NCBI GenBank assembly: GCA_016215645.1 | Contig: JACRIX010000078.1 | Coordinates: 16,905-80,904, forward strand | DNA from: Rhodocyclales bacterium | GTDB lineage: Bacteria > Pseudomonadota > Gammaproteobacteria > Burkholderiales > Rhodocyclaceae | Reading direction: 5' to 3' | Length of the DNA: 64,000 bases | In this document: positions 61,480 to 64,000 of the stretch, in pieces | How positions within the stretch are numbered: the stretch's first letter is position 1 | Layout: each line of letters opens with the position of its first letter | Translations under genes and position numbers: made by a program | The notes under the pieces: model-generated | Told to the model about the DNA's origin: nothing | Seen by the model: the letters and a program-made list of their open reading frames with translations, nothing else | Database searches by the model: none

Positions 61480-64000
61480 GGGTACAGCACCTTCACGTTT
61501 TCCGGTTTCAGCCAGTCGGCAAGGCTGGCCAGCAGGGCGTCGTCGAGGCGGACGCGCCAGCTTTCAGGCAGCGGCAGTTCGGCCGTGGCGTCGCCGTTGC
61601 GGTAGGACAGGCGCACCGGGCAGGGACCGTTGCGGAAGGGCGCCAGCAGCGCCTGCAGGCGTTTGGCATCGGAGCCGCCGTTCATGGTCAGGTGCAGGCC
61701 ACGGGCATAGCGGCCGCGCGCCTCGGCCAGGGTGTGCAGCTTGTCGGCACTGACCCGCAGGCCGCCGCTGAAATCGTCGCGCTGCACCTTGCCCTCGACC
61801 AGCAGCAGTTCGTCTTCCTTGATCTTGGCGCGCTCGGCTTCCCAGAGTTCGTTGAACACCGTGACTTCGAGCTGGGTGGTGCCGTCGTCGAGCACCATGA
61901 TCGCCATCTTGCCGCGCCGCGTCATCTGCGTGCGGGTGGACATCACCACCCCCGCCAGCAGTACCGGTTCACGTTGCGCTGCGAGCTGCCCCAGGCGGCG
62001 TTTGACGAAGGCGCCGAGTTCCCCGGCATAGGCATGGTAGGGGTGGCCGGAAAAGAAAAAACCCAGCGCCGGCTTTTCCTGCATGAGCTGTTCGCGTTCA
62101 TTCCAGCGCGGCACATTCACGTAATGCACGGTGTCCTGCGCGGCGCCGCCGCCCATGTCGAACAGGCCGCTTTGCAGTGCGTTCCTCTCGGCCTGCTCGG
62201 CGGCCTCGAGCGCGACGCCGGTCGAGGCCAGAAGCTTGGCACGGTGGTCGTCGATGGCGTCGAAGGCGCCGGCGCGGATCAGTGCCTCGACCACGCGGCG
62301 ATTGACCACGCGCTTGTCGATGCGGCGGCAGAAGTCAAAGAGATCCTTGAATGCCCCGTCCGTTTCGCGCGCCTTGAGGATGACCGAAAGCGCGGCTTCG
62401 CCGGTGCCCTTGATGGCGCCCAGGCCGTAGCGGATGGTTTTGGCGTTGGTCGGCCGGAAGCGGATGCCGCTGTGGTTGATGTCCGGCGGCAGAAAGATCA
62501 GGCCGTTGTCGCTGGCATCCTTGTAGAAAAACTGAACCTTGTCGGTGTTGGCCATTTCCGACGACAGCGTCGCCGCCGCAAACGCCGCGGGGAAATGCTG
62601 CTTGAGCCAGCCGGTGTGGTAGGCGACCAGCGAGTAAGCGGCGGCATGCGACTTGTTGAAGCCATAGCCGGCAAACTTCTCCATGGTGTCGAAGATCTCG
62701 TTCGCCGTGGCTTCGCCGATGTTGTTGGTGGCCGCGCCGGCGACGAAGATCTCGCGTTGCTTGGCCATCTCCTCGGGCTTTTTCTTGCCCATGGCACGGC
62801 GCAACAGGTCGGCTCCGCCCAGCGAATATTTCGCCGCCACCTGCGCCGTCTGCATCACCTGTTCCTGGTACACCATGATGCCGTAGGTGGTGGCCAGCAC
62901 CGGCTCCAGGCAGGGGTGCGGATAGGCGAAACGAGTACCGTGCTTGCGCGCGATAAAGTCGGGAATGAAGTCCATCGGCCCCGGCCGGTACAGGGCGTTC
63001 AAGGCGATCAGGTCTTCCAGGCAGTCCGGCTTCGCCTTGATCAGGGTGTCCTTCATGCCGCCGGATTCGAACTGGAATACCGCCGTGGTGTTGGCCGTCT
63101 TGAACACCGCGTCGTAGGTCGCGCGGTCGTCCAGCGGCAGGGTGGCGAGGTCGATGTCCACCCCCTCGACCTCCTTCACCAGGCGCACCGCTTCGTCGAG
63201 GATGGTCAGGGTACGCAGGCCGAGGAAGTCGAACTTCACCAGGCCGGCCTTTTCGACGTCGTCCTTGTCGAACTGCGAGACTACCGAGTCGGCCCCGGCC
63301 GCGGCGTAGAGCGGGCAGAAGTCGGTGAGCTTGCCCGGCGCGATCAGCACGCCGCCGGCATGCATGCCGACGTTGCGCGTGAGTCCCTCCAGTTTCAACG
63401 CCAGGGTCCACAACTCGGCGACTTCTTCCTCGTTGTCGATGCGGCCGCGGATCGCCGGTTCCTTTTCCAGCGCCTCCTTGAGCGTGATGCCAAGCTCATT
63501 CGGGATCAGCTTGGCGAACTGGTCCACGAAGTTGAAGCCGAGGTCGAGCACGCGGCCGACGTCGCGGATCACGGCCTTGGCCGCCATGGTGCCGAAGGTG
63601 GCGATCTGCGACACGGCATGGGCGCCGTATTTGTTCTTCACGTACTCGATGACGCGGTCGCGACCTTCCTGGCAGAAGTCGATGTCGAAGTCGGGCATCG
63701 ACACCCGCTCGGGATTGAGGAAGCGCTCGAACAGCAGCTCGTAGCGCAGCGGGTCGAGGTCGGTGATCAGCAGGCTGTAGGCCACCAGCGAGCCGGCACC
63801 CGAGCCGCGCCCGGGGCCCACCGGCACGCCGTTGTTCTTGGCCCACTGGATGAAGTCGGCCACGATCAGGAAATAGCCGGGGAAGCCCATCTGCTGGATG
63901 GTCTTGATCTCGAATTCAAGGCGATCGGCGTAAGCGGGGCGCCGACTTTCACGTTCGGCGGCATCCGGGTAGAGCTGTAGCAGGCGCTTCTCCAGCCCGG
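61476..64000 (-). CDS. dnaE: DNA polymerase III alpha subunit (5' part outside the window)
   Basis: GPGRGSGAGS, SMPDFDIDF, KFDFLGL and FAGYGFNKSH. The frame stays open to the window end. Confidence 0.98.
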   Translation of the reverse strand, partial: GLEKRLLQLYPDAAERESRRPAYADRLEFEIKTIQQMGFPGYFLIVADFIQWAKNNGVPVGPGRGSGAGSLVAYSLLITDLDPLRYELLFERFLNPERVSMPDFDIDFCQEGRDRVIEYVKNKYGAHAVSQIATFGTMAAKAVIRDVGRVLDLGFNFVDQFAKLIPNELGITLKEALEKEPAIRGRIDNEEEVAELWTLALKLEGLTRNVGMHAGGVLIAPGKLTDFCPLYAAAGADSVVSQFDKDDVEKAGLVKFDFLGLRTLTILDEAVRLVKEVEGVDIDLATLPLDDRATYDAVFKTANTTAVFQFESGGMKDTLIKAKPDCLEDLIALNALYRPGPMDFIPDFIARKHGTRFAYPHPCLEPVLATTYGIMVYQEQVMQTAQVAAKYSLGGADLLRRAMGKKKPEEMAKQREIFVAGAATNNIGEATANEIFDTMEKFAGYGFNKSHAAAYSLVAYHTGWLKQHFPAAFAAATLSSEMANTDKVQFFYKDASDNGLIFLPPDINHSGIRFRPTNAKTIRYGLGAIKGTGEAALSVILKARETDGAFKDLFDFCRRIDKRVVNRRVVEALIRAGAFDAIDDHRAKLLASTGVALEAAEQAERNALQSGLFDMGGGAAQDTVHYVNVPRWNEREQLMQEKPALGFFFSGHPYHAYAGELGAFVKRRLGQLAAQREPVLLAGVVMSTRTQMTRRGKMAIMVLDDGTTQLEVTVFNELWEAERAKIKEDELLLVEGKVQRDDFSGGLRVSADKLHTLAEARGRYARGLHLTMNGGSDAKRLQALLAPFRNGPCPVRLSYRNGDATAELPLPESWRVRLDDALLASLADWLKPENVKVLYP

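Overview
A GC-rich betaproteobacterial chromosome segment. Gene content and order suggest a Sulfuritalea/Sterolibacteriaceae/Rhodocyclales-like organism (inference). The housekeeping backbone (lgt, purU, thrH, hemA-plsB-prfA-prmC, cytochrome c4, engB, hemB, slmA, argB, two tRNA-Lys, coq7, rppH, proS, metG, peroxiredoxin, partial dnaE) is interrupted by three accessory blocks. (1) A ~13 kb thiocyanate-utilisation cluster (16.2-29.4 kb): CbiM-like cobalt transporter, cyanase, SAM methyltransferase, PhzF-family protein, CynR, thiocyanate hydrolase scnBAC plus activator, an NrtA/CynA-type ABC importer, and DsrE-TusA-SQR-DUF1641. Its two arms each start from a copy of one duplicated 78-bp LysR-box promoter. 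(2) Directly adjacent, an FNR-box-driven napDAGHB operon (napF inverted, no napC) and a ccm operon without ccmG. (3) A five-gene overlapping operon (53.2-58.1 kb) that joins a catalytically degenerate CHASE2 adenylate cyclase to an MCE-type transporter whose ATPase has lost its catalytic motifs, followed by an orphan RsaL-like regulator and a probably exported metacaspase. Two unannotated small RNAs with C-rich anti-SD motifs are visible in intergenic DNA. I found no CRISPR array, integrase or transposase. All calls come from reading motifs and from remembered family sequences; no database searches were run.
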